DNA of 63,318 nucleotides, filler included, from Choristocarpus tenellus KU-1152 (lineage: Eukaryota; Protista; Phaeophyceae): NCBI GenBank assembly GCA_964200185.2. It is 9 parts of 9 records of this genome, joined end to end, with 100 filler letters (N's around TTAATTAATTAA, not from the genome) between each part and the next. Parts side by side here need not be neighbours in the genome. Positions count along the whole stretch, not along the records: positions 23,933 to 30,025 come from CAXNAD020008956.1; positions 30,126 to 34,632 come from CAXNAD020014239.1; positions 34,733 to 43,482 come from CAXNAD020004370.1; 6 more parts are not named here. One strand, given 5' to 3'. Each line of letters begins with the position of its first letter. The first letter of the stretch is position 1. A model generated the notes under the pieces. The model was not told the DNA's origin, did not search any database, and saw only the letters and a program-made list of their open reading frames with translations. Positions 26,419 to 39,799 of the stretch are shown piece after piece. The translations under genes and the position numbers were made by a program.

Positions 26419-28429
26419 GCAAGGTGGACTTGATCATCACCATCAAAGGCTTCGGTTGAACCACTTTGTTGCACTCTCTCGGGCATGCCAAATATGTACA
26501 CTGTATAGATGGTATCTTGGCGAAGAAATCTAGCGTACCTTTGTTTCTTTTGCATATGCTGCCTGCTACAGTAGTTACGTGGGTGTATCCACGCCTGCAT
26601 CTACATGATTAGATCGTTAAATCAAAATTTGTAGCGTTTGGTCGACATGCCGATTTTTTATTTATTATGCTCGGAAGTAATCCCTTGGGAGGCTATAATT
26701 TAGCACCTCTAAAGTGTAGTTTAAACGGTTAGATACAGATTGACACACCAAGATATGCAATGGCATATATATCTGGCTGCAATAAATTCTGAGTGAACTG
26801 AAAAAATAGCACATTATGAGTGGGAGCAACGAGGATTTCCCCTCTTTTTATTGGATATCACGCTTCATTTGGACGAAGGCAGAGACCACCAAGAAATAGT
26901 CAATCGATGCTGGCCTTGTGAGAGAAATCACGACTGTTCATGTATGGTTTTGGGTTGCAGCTCTACAAAAGCATTTAAGAGGGTAGGAGTTTTGCCCTGT
27001 TTCCCCGTTCGGGGCTTGGCTTCCAATGGGTTTTTTATACCCTTACTCACTTTTCTGTCTTAGCACAGTTACCTACTCCGAAACATTTTGAAGTGGGAAA
27101 AATGTGCACGACTATGAAAGGCGCAAGGATATTGACACTTGCTAACAAACACGACAGTCAAAATTCGTTAAAATTGCAACATTGAATTTATGACCCCAAA
27201 CGGACGTGGCCCTACGCTCTTAGATGTTTTGGGTCATACAGTCCTATATCATCCCGTACATTTCCCTGCAAATACAGTCAATCGCTAACAGCAGCCTGAA
27301 CACACACACTCCTTTGTCCGGGGTAGCTGGTGAACAATAATGGTAGGGACTACAATTAGACCTATGATTATACGCCACTGAACTACTACTGGGTGTATGT
27401 ATGTATCTATCATAACACACACTCTACCTAAAACAAAAAAAACATATCAACCTAGATACACTGGGACGATGAGCAAGAAGGGGCCTGCAAATTCTTGGGA
27501 TGCCTCCTTAGCTCCTTGATCACCTTCATAAGATCAAGCCAGTGTAGAACCATTGCAGTCTACGCATTACTTTGTAGAAAGGAATCTCGAAGGGCACATT
27601 GTTGTGTTATTAGCTTTTAAAGCAGTACAATTTTAAGGTAGGTGGCTTAGCATTGACCACACAACTCTTACATTTATTTACAGTAGTCATTGTATTATAG
27701 ATGTTTTGGTTGTGGTGTTTCCCTGACATATCTACGAAATGCCAGGGGGAATAATGGAAAACAAGAAGTAATGATAAAACTACATCAAGAAGTTAATCAG
27801 AGTCTTCCTACGCAACCCAGTGAAACTGCATCCTTCACAAGATCTTTTTTGTAATATGTATCGATGACATAGGTAAGGTAAGAATATAGTTTGCGGGGCA
27901 GGAGGAAGAACTTACTACGTGCTAGATGACACATTCTGATTGCTGTAGAATCTACATGGGTAAGGGGCCAACGCACGGGCAACCACCTAACCCCTGGAAC
28001 CAGCAAGGGGGATACTAGTATCCAATGACTATCTGGTGGATGGATGTTGTAGGAAACGAAGAGCAGACTTTTTGATAATGAATGCACATGACATGCTCCA
28101 GGGCTGGAGGGCAAGCCCGGTAGCACTCACCCATGGTCAGGCAACTGGGCAGCGTCTGCAGGTAGATGGGAGTCCCCTCCACCCTGGAAGATGGAGTTCC
28201 CTTCAATATCAACATCGTTATATTTATAGGTGTGGTACTCCATGTTAAACACTCTCGAATACTCCCTCTGCCCCATACTGGGTGGGAAAAGGGATCACTA
28301 CTGGATGAGGCCTTTACTAAGGTTCAAGTAGATTGCCACCTTTGACACTCGTCAGTACTGACAACAAAATTGCTGCTGCCACAACCGAGGCCCAAAATCG
28401 AAATCACTAGAAGGAATATTTCGATCCAT

Positions 28430-28650
28430 CTTAGTTTGTCCTCAACACCTTTGCTGTGGAAAATTACAGAGCAATTTCTGGATGAGCTAGCGACTCATGT
28501 CATCATGGGTGGTAGAGATGCAGAAGTTTTTAGTCCGAAGAAAGCATTGAATGCACGTCTGCAACAGACTGTGCCAGTAACTGCCTAAAAAGCGTTCTCA
28601 CGGTATGTCATGTATTTCAACTGGAGACACCAGGTTGGTAGGGTAGGAGA
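28430..28650 (+). mobile_element. Remnant of the 3' REL-endonuclease end of the CRE-like non-LTR family
   Basis: ctcaacacctttgctgtggaaa and FLDELATHVIMGGR align by eye to 46917-47010 (NTFAVES...FLNELTTHMVGGR). Confidence 0.7.
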
Positions 28651-29040
28651 GGCTTAGCTGATTAATGTGATTGTTCTCTTTCTTCTCGACCGTGTTCATA
28701 GTGCCAATCTAGGAGCAGTCTCAACTGTTGTGGCTCTAGAAAGCTTTCCTCTTGTTTTTCACTACACCTTGTTTTATGGGTGTATATATATGATGACCTT
28801 CACTATTTTATTGTGCTATAGTTGTATTATTTACCTAGTTTTTCTTCCTTCTTTATAGACAATTGGTGTGTTTCTTATATACCTGATGTTTCTTCTTTCT
28901 CCTGCATAATAGCCTTTACAAATATCAGTGGACATAATATGTAACGGATCAGTATAGCAACTAACCTACAGTTTTAGTACCATATTCAAATGTTTCTTTT
29001 ATATTTTGAGTAAAAGATTGGTTACCATATGTAATGTGGC

Positions 29041-29122
29041 GACGACGTGCCCGAGTGGTTAAGGGGATTGACTCGAAATCAATTGCGGTTATCGTGCGCA
29101 GGTTCGAGTCCTGCCGTCGTCG
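29041..29122 (+). tRNA. tRNA-Ser(CGA), intronless
   Basis: Acceptor stem GACGACG/CGTCGTC; D-arm CCCGAGTGGTTAAGGGG; anticodon stem ATTGA-CT CGA AA-TCAAT; long variable arm; T-arm GCAGG TTCGAGT CCTGC; discriminator G. Confidence 0.96.
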
Positions 29123-30881
29123 GTAACTTGCTTTCTTTTGGATATGCATTATATCTTTTGTCTATCTACTACATATCGCAAGCATATTGTAACATATATT
29201 GTGATGCTATGCTCACTGACATTTCGCAGTTTTTGTCATTGAGCGAACATCTTCTATCACGTATAAATTGGCAGTCTATCATCAGAATTCTGTCGATTGC
29301 ACAAGTGGATCCAAAATGGGTTGAGAGGTCAGGTATTCTTCCAGGGAAATTGTTTTTGACGCACCATGTGGCAAGTACATCTCGAAATGGTACAAAATAA
29401 TGTACCAAAACTCTTGTATGCTGGTGCATCAGAGTAAGGTTTTTTTCCTTGAAATACAGAGACTCTATTGCCATTGAATTTGTTGTATTCTCTACCACGT
29501 CATGTTTGATCTTATTGCCTTCATGATAACAACATCTGCACATTATCTGCGGAGACAATAATATAGAGCTCTGTATAAAAACACAATTCATCAGCCAAAT
29601 GTACACATCTTTCTTTAGAGGTCTAATAGCTATGTTCTTCGTTTTAATTAAACGCACGTCACCATGCTTCGGTGCTTTGAGGGGGGTCGACCGTAAATTA
29701 ATTGTGGCTTTGCTGGCAATTTTGAGTCCTTCTTTCGTCGGTAGAACACTTATCCAAGAAAAATGCACACTATGGATCTATCTCGTGTCAAGGGTCAGTT
29801 AATCGTCAGCCTCTGTCAAGAAAGGGTATGAGTCAAAACCTGACCGAGAGGTTAGACTTATTTTAATGGAAAATTGATACTACTTATCATACGATCTACT
29901 GTGACTAACTCTTATGGCACAACGACTAATTGCACTGCCTCCGTCCATGCTTTGGGCTCAAAGTATCTGGGGGAGGGTAGCGGCTGTCCATTTGGGGTCG
30001 ATTTTTTCATATCGCAATTTTTGGGNNNNNNNNNNNNNNNNNNNNNNNNNNNNNNNNNNNNNNNNNNNNTTAATTAATTAANNNNNNNNNNNNNNNNNNN
30101 NNNNNNNNNNNNNNNNNNNNNNNNNTGTGTAGCTAGTACTATGTCAGAACTCCCCCATCAGTCCATTTATATCAAGCAATAAGAAATCGATCATCTGAGA
30201 TTCGACCTCATTACTTTACGCACACGATCACAAGTCAATGACACTTGTTCCACTTAGCCAACATTCCTGTTGTTTAGTGGTGTTCACTAAATGGGTATAA
30301 ACCATATAGACTATCAGCCTATATTGCACATTCACCTGACCTGGCATGCGGTTGCACAGACATATCTCCTGGACTCCGATCCTTCTTGTGCTTGACAAAC
30401 AGAAGTTATGTTATACAATAGGAAAGCGGTATTTTTACTTGAGGATGACTAACTAATCCCCTCCAATACTGAGTAGTCCAGCTAGTACTGAAGCCCTGAC
30501 CACTCTCTCCCTGTCACCTTGTCCCCTCCTTCTCTGGCTCCAACTTTTTATACATATGCACATAGCAGAAGGAGGTGGAGGTGACCACGGTGCACCTCCG
30601 TGTTATGCTGAATCTGTTCAGGCATAGAATGGTGGAAGTGCTTAGGCAGCTCGGCAACTAGAATTTGCCATCATGCAGTGACATTTTTCCCCTTCGTCCT
30701 TTAAGTGATGTATGAGGTTTGCCAGTTTTACAGTTGGGGAAATGATAACTGAACTCTGTGCATTTGTGCAGCATTTTTTGAAGGGTGGTTTGTGACCATG
30801 TCAAAAAAAAATTACTTTATGCCCTTGGTGTTGAGATTCTTTTGTTGGTAAAGATGAACATTGGACTGTCAGCACTATTGA

Positions 30882-31330
30882 GGGCCAAAGTATCTGGGGG
30901 GGGGATCGGGCGTCCGTTTTGTGCCTTTTTTTCAAAAAGGTGATTTTTTGGGTGATTTGCTTGCAAGCATCGGATATTCAATGTTTTCAAAAAGGGTTGG
31001 TGGTTATGGTCAGTTGCTGTTGCGTTGTTGTGAACAGCGCTAAAAGTACTCCATGCTCTTATTTTGGGTTTGTTTTTTGTCCAAAGTTTGGTTTATGGTT
31101 TTAACAACACTAAAATACACGATGTGTTTATTTTGGGTTAGCTTGTGTTCAGACTTGGTGCTGATGAACAACGCTAAATGTATGTATACCGTTATTTTGG
31201 GTTAGGGTTACGGTTAGGGGTTAGGCTTGTTTTACATTAGCGTTCGACAGCAATACACTATGTTTTGTTTTGGGTTATTTTTGTGTTAAGACTTGTGTTT
31301 TCATGAACAACGTTTTAAAAGAAATTGGTG
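30882..31330 (+). repeat. Longer relative of the MITE families with 4-5 imperfect internal ~65-bp repeats
   Basis: Starts gggccaaagtatctggggg. Recurring unit ...aacaacgctaaa...ttattttgggtt at ~31032, 31104, 31166, 31246. Confidence 0.5.
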
Positions 31331-31963
31331 TTCCCAACACTTGTGTATGTCAATTCTGCTTTTTGTAGACATGGGTGACCCAAGTATCTCGGGGGGGGGG
31401 GGAGTCTATGCCACCGGGGTGTCCATTTGAGTCAAAATCAGGAATAGTGCATTTATATTTTCCATTGGACATATGCAACTAATTAATCCAAAATTCGTGA
31501 CATGAGAAACTTGACCGCAATTGGACAGCCACCCCCCCCCCCAGATACTTTGAACCGTAACAATTTGTTGGGTATCAGGCAGCCTTTTCTCGATACTCCA
31601 CTCAATGCGTACCTCAAAGCTCGACTCAATGTTAAGTTCAAGATCAAAGACTGTTTTAAGAGGGGTGAGATGGTTTTTGACCAAAAGCGCTTTTATTATT
31701 TTCATCATCCACACAATTTATTTGGTATTCTATGCGACTGCTCTATACGTACTCCAATCATAAACCTATATTCTGCAACTTCTTAGAGGAACTTTGATGT
31801 TCTCATCTGTAAGTTACGTATGCATTACGAATCTTACTCTGTATCATCTCAGGAATCAGCATTATTTTGTAAGGCTGCCTATGTGCTAATCTTGTATACT
31901 GCTCGCACTTGTTAGAACGGAGAAGAAACGCTCGCGCTATTGGCCTGTAACATCTGTGCCTGT

Positions 31964-32241
31964 GAGCGAAAGCATCTTAGAGGGTATGGCGACGTCTATT
32001 TGGGGCCAAAACCCAATATTGCGATTTTGATGTAATTTTGGCTATCGTGTTTCTGAGGAAGTGTCAATGTTCGAGACACACCTTTCCATAGTCTTATACA
32101 TGAAACAAACTTCAAAATGTATACATTTTACATTTTCAGGAACATTCTGAAGTAGGAAAAAGTATTTTAAGAACCCGTGGGAAGTCAAGCCCCAAATGGG
32201 CAAACAGGGCAAAACTCGTACCCTCTAAGATACTTTTACTC
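31964..32241. mobile_element. MITE family A copy, TSD TGT
   Basis: Ends GAGCGAAAGCATCTTAGAGGGTA ... TACCCTCTAAGATACTTTTACTC, flanked by tgt/tgt. Splits the LINE sequence. Confidence 0.9.
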
Positions 32242-32837
32242 TGTACTTGTTGGTGAGTCTCTAGGCGAAGAAACCCATTGTTACACCCTCCCTTGAAGAA
32301 ATCCGTCGCCTCTGTCGAGTCAGCTACCTCCATTATCCTCTCTAGTGTCCATAAGGAGGTGTAATCTGCTTGCTCCATGGTGGAGCGTGCCAGGAGGGGG
32401 GGAGTGACCCTCACTAGGTAGCCTAGCTGGTAGTAGGAGTCCTGGTAGGGTCTCTGGGAGGACCTGAATGGAAGCCGGGCGACGTACGCTGTTGAAAGCA
32501 TTCCTTCCGTCCAAAATTATGACCCATTCTCCGCACTCATTCCTTAGGCGGATATCCAGGAGTGCGCGTTCTATGCCATTTGGGACCCCGATGCGAAATT
32601 ATCCACTCCCCCGAAAAATTCCTCTAGGTAAAGGCGCCAGTCAGTGCAGAAAGCTGAACCACATGCCCTCCTGAAAAAAGACCCGCAGGCGACCCGGCAA
32701 CACTTCTCCCCAATTGCGGACAGTCTGGAGTTGGTGCGGAGTATCCAGAACTCTTGGGGTAGAAAGTCCGGGAAGGTGTAAGCTAGCTCCCATAGCTTTG
32801 CAAACGCCTCTGCCACTTCTTCTTGACCAAATTCTGT

Positions 32838-33081
32838 GAGTGAAAATATTTTAGAGGGTACAAATGTTTCTCTGTTTGTCCATTTGTGGGGCTTGGCTTC
32901 CCATGGGGTTTTTTATGACATTTTCCGACTCCAAAACGTTTCGGAGTAGGTAAAATGTATACGTTATGAAAGGTGTGTCCGAAATATAGATATTGACACT
33001 TCCTNNNNNNNNNNATAAATCACAACATTGTATTTTGACCCCCAAATGGACGCGGCTCTACCCTCTAAGATACTTTGGCTC
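32838..33081. mobile_element. MITE family A copy, TSD TGT
   Basis: Ends GAGTGAAAATATTTTAGAGGGTA ... TACCCTCTAAGATACTTTGGCTC, flanked by tgt/tgt. The empty site is visible in the paralogous LINE at ~49052-49066. Confidence 0.9.
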
Positions 33082-34351
33082 TGTCGTGATGACTGATCTA
33101 ATGAATCCCGTCAAGGCCTGGTGCCGAGTTGCTGTTAGCCCTCATGAAGGCTTTTCGAAGGGAGGTGGGGGTGTACACCCCTTCAGGGGGGCAGTACCTT
33201 TGTTCCCCATATCTTGCATTCCCTTGTACCCTGTCTTTTGTGTCCGTGATGGCTTGCCTAAGCTCGTCTTGATTCTCACTCAGGTGTTTAGGGACCAATA
33301 TATTGAAAGTCTCCTCCTTCCCTGGGGCTCTGGGTTGTGCTAGGAGCACACTCGCTCCCTTGGAAATTCCTCCATGGTGGTGACCCAGAGCGGCAGCGCG
33401 TTCCTTGCGGGACTTGAGGTCCTCTCCAGGAGCCTCCCTACGTCTGCTGGTCCTCTGGGATCGTTCTAGTAGCCATGCAACTAGCTCTTGGATGTTCCCT
33501 GAAGCCACCCAGGCAAACCTTTCCTTCCTCGAGAACTTTCCATCCTTTGCCAATAAGAGGCCAGAGATCATGTGGAAGGGTTTGGATACTCTGACGACCC
33601 CCTTTTGTTGGTGTCCCCCCTTCCAGCCTTGGGGCAGTTACCTCATGTATCCGGAGATCCACTGTGTGCATGAGGGCGATTGCATGTGCAGTGCGAAGCC
33701 TGCCTGGGACCTTCACCGTGATGATGTTTACCCGCTCCAGGGTCTCTATCTGGACTTGGTCAACGGCAGATGCTACACGTGGAGTATGGACCCCCCCAAG
33801 GCAGAAGTGTATGTGGTGGTAGGTGGCCTAGATTTTCTGTGGAAGGGGGGGGGATAGTGGGGGGAGGTGGTGGAGGTGGTGGAGGTGGTGGTGGTGGTGG
33901 TGATGATTGGGGCAAGGAAGGAGGTGGGGTGAGGTGGGATGGAGGGTGTGGGGTGGCTTATACTGTCATACTGTTATATGTTGTACCGATTGAGGTCCCT
34001 TGTGAAACATCCATGATTCCACTGGCGGACCTTCCGTCAGAATGAAACCATATAATCTCTTCACGAGACCAATCCCATACACTTGACACAGGTCCTCATT
34101 CAGAGTTGCTATACATGAAAGATTCACTTTGCTCTCACGTCTTGACTGGTAGTGATGAAGCCCCCTCTCCGAAGATGTTCATAATTCCTCAACTTTCCCT
34201 ACGTGTCCTTGCAGTCTTGCACTTGTCCAACCTTAACCTCGTACTCTCGGTTACGGTCCGTCTTGGTTCGTCTGGTCCGTCATGCCTGGTGATTCTCTTC
34301 GCCACCCTTACCTGAGTGAACCACGCAGCCACATAATCGCATGATTCGCAT

Positions 34352-34403
34352 TGGCGACACTGGTGAGATTCGAACTCAGGCGTGTGAAGCACAATCAATC
34401 TAG
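34352..34403 (-). pseudogene. 3'-half tRNA-Ser-like fragment ending in CCA (extended primer-binding-site-like sequence)
   Basis: Reverse complement reads CTAGATTGATTGTGCTTCACACGCCTGAGTTCGAATCTCACCAGTGTCG-CCA: long variable arm, T-loop TTCGAAT, discriminator G, CCA. No 5' half adjacent. Confidence 0.7.
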
Positions 34404-36444
34404 AATTTAGATTCTGGATCTCAAGCCTGTTATACTACATATATACATATTAAAACAATTTTTTGACCAATCAAGTTCCTATCGGTGTATACTTTTATAG
34501 AAAGTCCTTCTTCAAAGAAACGGTTCTATATGTGGATAGGAAAATACATTATCTTCAACAAAAACATACCGCAACTTCACTACTGTTACTAATCCACAAG
34601 AATGTTCTATACAAAATATGTTAACACCAATTNNNNNNNNNNNNNNNNNNNNNNNNNNNNNNNNNNNNNNNNNNNNTTAATTAATTAANNNNNNNNNNNN
34701 NNNNNNNNNNNNNNNNNNNNNNNNNNNNNNNNAAAAAAGGGGGAGGGGGGGTGGGGGGGGGGTGGGGGCGGTCTACACGAGGGTGTCCATTTGGACCAAA
34801 ATCGGGAAAAGTGCATTTGCATTATCCATCCGACGTGTGGCAACTAAATCACCCAAAAATCAAGATACGAAAAAATTGACCCCAAATGGACAGCCAAACC
34901 CCCCTCCCAGATACTTTGAGACAAAAGTAGAAGACAACATTCATACGACCACCACAGACACCATCATCAGTGCCAAGGAGATGTGTTGGCAACCTCCATG
35001 GGCTATGCTACTCATCGATGCTCTTGAATCTTAGCGCCACGCAGTTTGCATTAACCCCCCAAAAAAGCCATTTTCACTTCAAGTTGGCTGGTGGTGAACG
35101 CGGAAGTGATGTTGTCAATCTCCTCCTGACTCAACTTACTGTCACTTGCTGTTGATAGACAGAGCTTCTGGGAATTGGGTACAAATTGACCGAGACATTG
35201 GGCCGATATACAGCTTCTTACTATGAGATATGAGGTAAGGTTATTATCTTGCATTCTTCAAGAATTACATAGGGATTTTCAAGGGTAACTTCAGTAAGCG
35301 AGTCCGAAGCTCAGGTACAGGTTCTCCTGACCCAAGCCTGGACCCAAGACCTAATACTATGGGATAAGCAGCCCTCAGCCCACATGGAACTATTGCTGTG
35401 GAGGACTGTGGGAGACGTAAGAGCTGGGCAACCAAGGAACCACGTGGTGTTTGAGAGAGGACTATCTACGGCCCAAGCACTCCACATATTGTGCCCACGA
35501 CATGATAATATGACAATACGAAGAGGTGGTGAACTTTATATTTCCATATATTACACAAGGTGTAAGACTTGTGTTACCTGTTTTCCCAACAGGGGCGGTG
35601 TCTGCTCCTAGATGCATTACTTTCAACAGGATTCGGACCTGGACCTTTCCCTGGGCAAGACCATCCTTAGACCAAACCTGGAGTCGGGAATAGAGGCTTA
35701 GACCCAAACTGAACCCTGAACTGCGGTCTAGGTGTCCGCCAGAAGCCCTAAAGCGATTACTCCTTTTAGTATTTCCTTGTTATTGTGCGATCGGACAGAG
35801 TGCCAAATAGAACAACCCACTGCTCCTATGCCCAAACCCAGCTTAAGCAAATACAGTTCTTCACCAAATTGGGCCACAAACCAGATCCCTTTAACCAGAG
35901 TGTTGCTTACACTTTCTTTGGGGCCATGCAAACTATTCAAAATTTGTATCTTGTTCACCTTGACTCGGACACTCTAACTTCGGTTGCCTATGCACGACAT
36001 TTTGCACCATCTCATACCTTGCAAAATTAATCTCAACAGTGACCATCTATTTTTCTATCTCTTGCTCAGGAGACGTACTTCCCCCAATTCAAGATACCCT
36101 CATCTCTTTGAAAGTGCAGCGGTATCATTAATATGTGAAGGGAACTCAGGAGGACCTTGTGCGAAGGGGAATGTGGCTGCTTCTTCCTTTCTTCAGGCCC
36201 TTCAAGATGATTTCGTACAGCCGAATGTTCCTATCCATGCAATGGCGGTCTCCGTATCTCCCCTGCAGGCCAGTTTCCCCCCTAGAAGGGTCTGCCTTTG
36301 TTTTCCTTCCAGTGGTACAAGTAGCTCTTAAGGCTTCAGTTCGTGGCAATCTCATGTTGTATTAAAAAGTGAAAAATTGGATTTCTGATTGACATGTGAG
36401 CTCCAGAGTACACAATTGAACATAGCAGTCTCTACTCTTGACAG

Positions 36445-36971
36445 GTGAACATTTATGAAAGGTGCAGCGAGAAAATCACAAGGGCTTATGTTTTGCACAA
36501 CATTTCGACCATTAATGCCACCAGTGCATCCCAATCTCTAAGAGATGGCTTCACCATTATTGATGATGACCACCTTGAGCCCTCTTCATCTTGTGCGAAG
36601 TCGGCACCAAGGGGTGGAAATGGCAGCTCCCGCGCACCCAAGAGACACAAGAAAGATCCAAATCGCCCGCGCGGTTACATCAGTGCGTTCAACTTCTTTG
36701 TCCAGGATAAGAGGCCAGCATACATTGAGTTGCACCCTGAAGTCCAGGTATTCCCATTCAGCCTTCTTTCCTGCTCACGCATATTTATTTGATATATGCA
36801 TGGCTGGATAGAGCATACTCTAAAATATTATCTCAATGGTAACAGGGGCACTCACTTGAGCACAATAATGCAATAAACAAGACACTAGGAAAGCTGTGGA
36901 AACTGGCCACTCAGGAGGAAAGGAGATCATACGAAGAACTGGCAGACAAGGACAAGCAGCGCTACCTGCAG
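36445..36971 (+). CDS. HMGB-type HMG-box protein; exons 36445-36747 and 36846-36971, other exons unresolved
   Basis: Spliced KKDPNRPRGYISAFNFFVQDKRPAYIELHPEVQ|GHSLEHNNAINKTLGKLWKLATQEERRSYEELADKDKQRYLQ, with a phase-0 GT-AG intron. Confidence 0.92.
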
Positions 36972-39799
36972 GTACGAATATTGTTCATGAAAAAGAGCCG
37001 TCCTATCAGTGTCTATTTGGGCTTTAGTCATTCTTTTGCATAATTCCTCATTTCCATGTTTGAAATGTAGTTGGTGATTCCTCTTCGGTGTCTGTGGCAG
37101 TAGAAAAGAACACAGAAGTTTGTCCCATAACCGCAAAATCTCTGTCGAGAGTGCTAGAAGCATGTGTACCTGCAGGCAGTCAGTCGCATGGGCCCCAAGA
37201 AATCCTCAGTGGCATCCCTCTCTACGAAAGTATGGCTCAAAACAAAGCACAGGGTCCAAGCGTGACTGCTGTTTGACTCCTCCTATCCCCATTCATGTCC
37301 TAAGTGCTCCTCTAAACACCTACATTTATAGATAATAAACACAGTCATTCTTCAGCTTTGCTGGAATATGGAGTCCTGTGACTTCCAGTGGGTGACAAAT
37401 CTGAACTTACCAATCTATCAGACAACCTCCCATCAGCAGTAGCCTTTTTCAAAATTGAAATTGCTCTAGTTTTTATATTTTGTCCAGAACTGATGGAAGT
37501 TCTGAAATTTGTATTTCGTGGGAACGTATCTGGAAGTATGCGCAACCATGATTACTTCCGTGCAATCAAGTCATGACAAGATTGTAGTGTAGAAATCCAA
37601 CAACAATAAGTGTCAGCTGGAGGGGATTCACTGCTGTAATAGTGGTGTACTGGGCAAACATCACCACTACCTTGACTCTGTACTGTAAGGTAGGGTATTG
37701 ATTTCTTGGTTACACCAGGCAATGGGGAGGCTTTTCCATGAAAGGGTGAGGTTTTGCTAGACAAGTGTTTATCTACATTGCAGTATTTGGCATTGTCTTA
37801 CTACTTTAAATTGTCCTGAAGGTTTACCCAAAGTATAATGGAAATCTATTTTGAGCTGAAGATACTCACGGCGTGGGGAGGAATTAATTATGGGTAGTGA
37901 TGATTCGGGACAGAACTGGAGCATCCATTTATCCTTCATGCAAAGATGTTAAGAGTGTGAGGTCACCCTCTATACCTACAGAGCATATGCTGTGCAGTGT
38001 TTTCCCCAAACTTACATGTATATAGTTCCAGACGCGCGAGGAGCAGGTTTTCCCACGCATGTTAGTTATTTCTGCGTGCACTTAGCTTCCTGAAATATAC
38101 TGGAGAGAACCAAAAAAACTTCAACAGACCAAAAAATATCAAATCAGGGGAGGCGTTCAAAACTATCATATGTTGGATTTCTTTATGCCCAACGGCAACT
38201 TTGGTACGTCATATGAGCTTTAATTCGCATTTAACGTTTAGCCTTTCATGCTTTTGGCACAAGGTCTGAGGAAAAATCAGGGCTATGGTCAAAACAGACG
38301 CCAGCACCCCCCCCCAGATACTTTGATCCTATGAATAGAAAAAATACCCAGCACGTACCTCTTTTAGAAGAAAAGCAGGAATTCCCGCTATCAAACATGA
38401 GGAGCAAGAGGCAAAGCCACCGACAGGATAATATCTCCTGCTGACCATTTTCTTACTGAATGCCCCAAAACTGTGACACTCTATATATAGCACCTAGGCA
38501 TCCCTGAGCAAAGGTGTCCATATGCAAAGCCCACCCCTCATATATATATGTGCGCGTGTGCGAAACTAGGTATACTCACATGTAAGCATATACACTTTGA
38601 GCGTCTTTGTAGTTTAGAGGTAGTGTACGAGACTCCTATATTGGAATGCACAGGTTTGAACCTGGTTGGGGTAAGACTTTCCGTTCGAAAAATCCTTGTT
38701 TCGATAGACCATTATGGCAACCACATCGGAAAGTCGATAGACCATTCTCTCTGTTGCTAAAGTCACAAAAATGAGTGCTGAAATCTGAAGCGTGTTGGCA
38801 AGACTTCATTGCCGGCAGATGAGTGGTGGGACGGCCGAACCCAATGGATGAGAAAAACACAAGACATGCATGAGACAGTGCAATTTGTCATTATGCAGCG
38901 GTTCTTACTTATACAAATGTAGCTAAGTGAGTAGTACCTCTGACCACTTGTCAGGGCTACATATAGGGTTGAGGTGGTGGTTCTCAGACTAAAGTGAGAC
39001 AGAATTTTGAATAGTAATAGCAATATTTTGTACGGCTTTTGATACTTACAATACCATTGTGCCCACAGGAAGGGCGTTCTCTTGTGTGCATGCCACGAGT
39101 GGGCTGTCAACCAGATTGTGCACACACTGCAAACGATCAAGAAAACCACCCCAATAAACACGTTTCAAACACCTTGGCAGGTGCTCATGTGCATGTTCAG
39201 TTGTACATACATTGCCTCTTCATACTTACATACTCGGAATATATGCTTAAGTATAGTATTATACCCTCTGATATTTTGCATTTGTGTCGGGGAAGAACCT
39301 AAACCAAACCAAAGTTATACAACAAGGTCTACGGTGTGTTGTTCGTAGTAGAAATTTTCTGGACAGTACGGTGTAGTACCATGAAAAGAACCCCTAGGAA
39401 CCCAAAATATGGTTGGGAAATTCTGATGATTTTTCACCGTTTTTCAATATCTCCTCTGATGCCAAAGGTGCAGAGCAGATTTCCGACGTAACGGTTGCCG
39501 CACAGGTTGACTTTGGACATGACTTCTTCCGGCGGCCTTATCTATAAAAATATCGCAAATTTTATCGCGTTATTTCCGACAGTGTAGTCCACCCCAAAAT
39601 TCTGATCTGGTTTCATATGTGCACATCTTGACGCCCTATGTTGTCCCCACGATGCAATTCCGGATGGTGGACACGCAGGAGCCAAAGTCCTGACCACAGC
39701 CACGTATTTTCTCCAGGGTGAGTTCTGAGTCCACAAAGGCAATCTCTAGGTGCTTGTATCTAGTGCTATATTTCAAAGTGTCTGGTTAGGGCCAAGTCC

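Larger units (their letters stand above)
31945..33958 (-). mobile_element. Internal fragment of a CRE-like non-LTR retrotransposon (RT region), carrying two MITE insertions
   Basis: Reverse-complement homologue of 48190-50215 (SGNIQELVAWLLERSQRTSRRREAPGED, SRLSAIGEKCCRVACGSFFR, DGRNAFNS). It lacks the QQGDPL-YLDD block present in the plus-strand copy. Confidence 0.9.

Noticed and set aside
29047-29400. 117-aa ORF starting MPEWLRGLTRNQ
   Set aside because: It is a translation through the tRNA-Ser gene.
36445-36971. HMG-box gene as the brown-algal male sex determinant
   Set aside because: The KDPNxPxxxxSAF motif is generic HMGB-type, and nothing in the window shows sex linkage.
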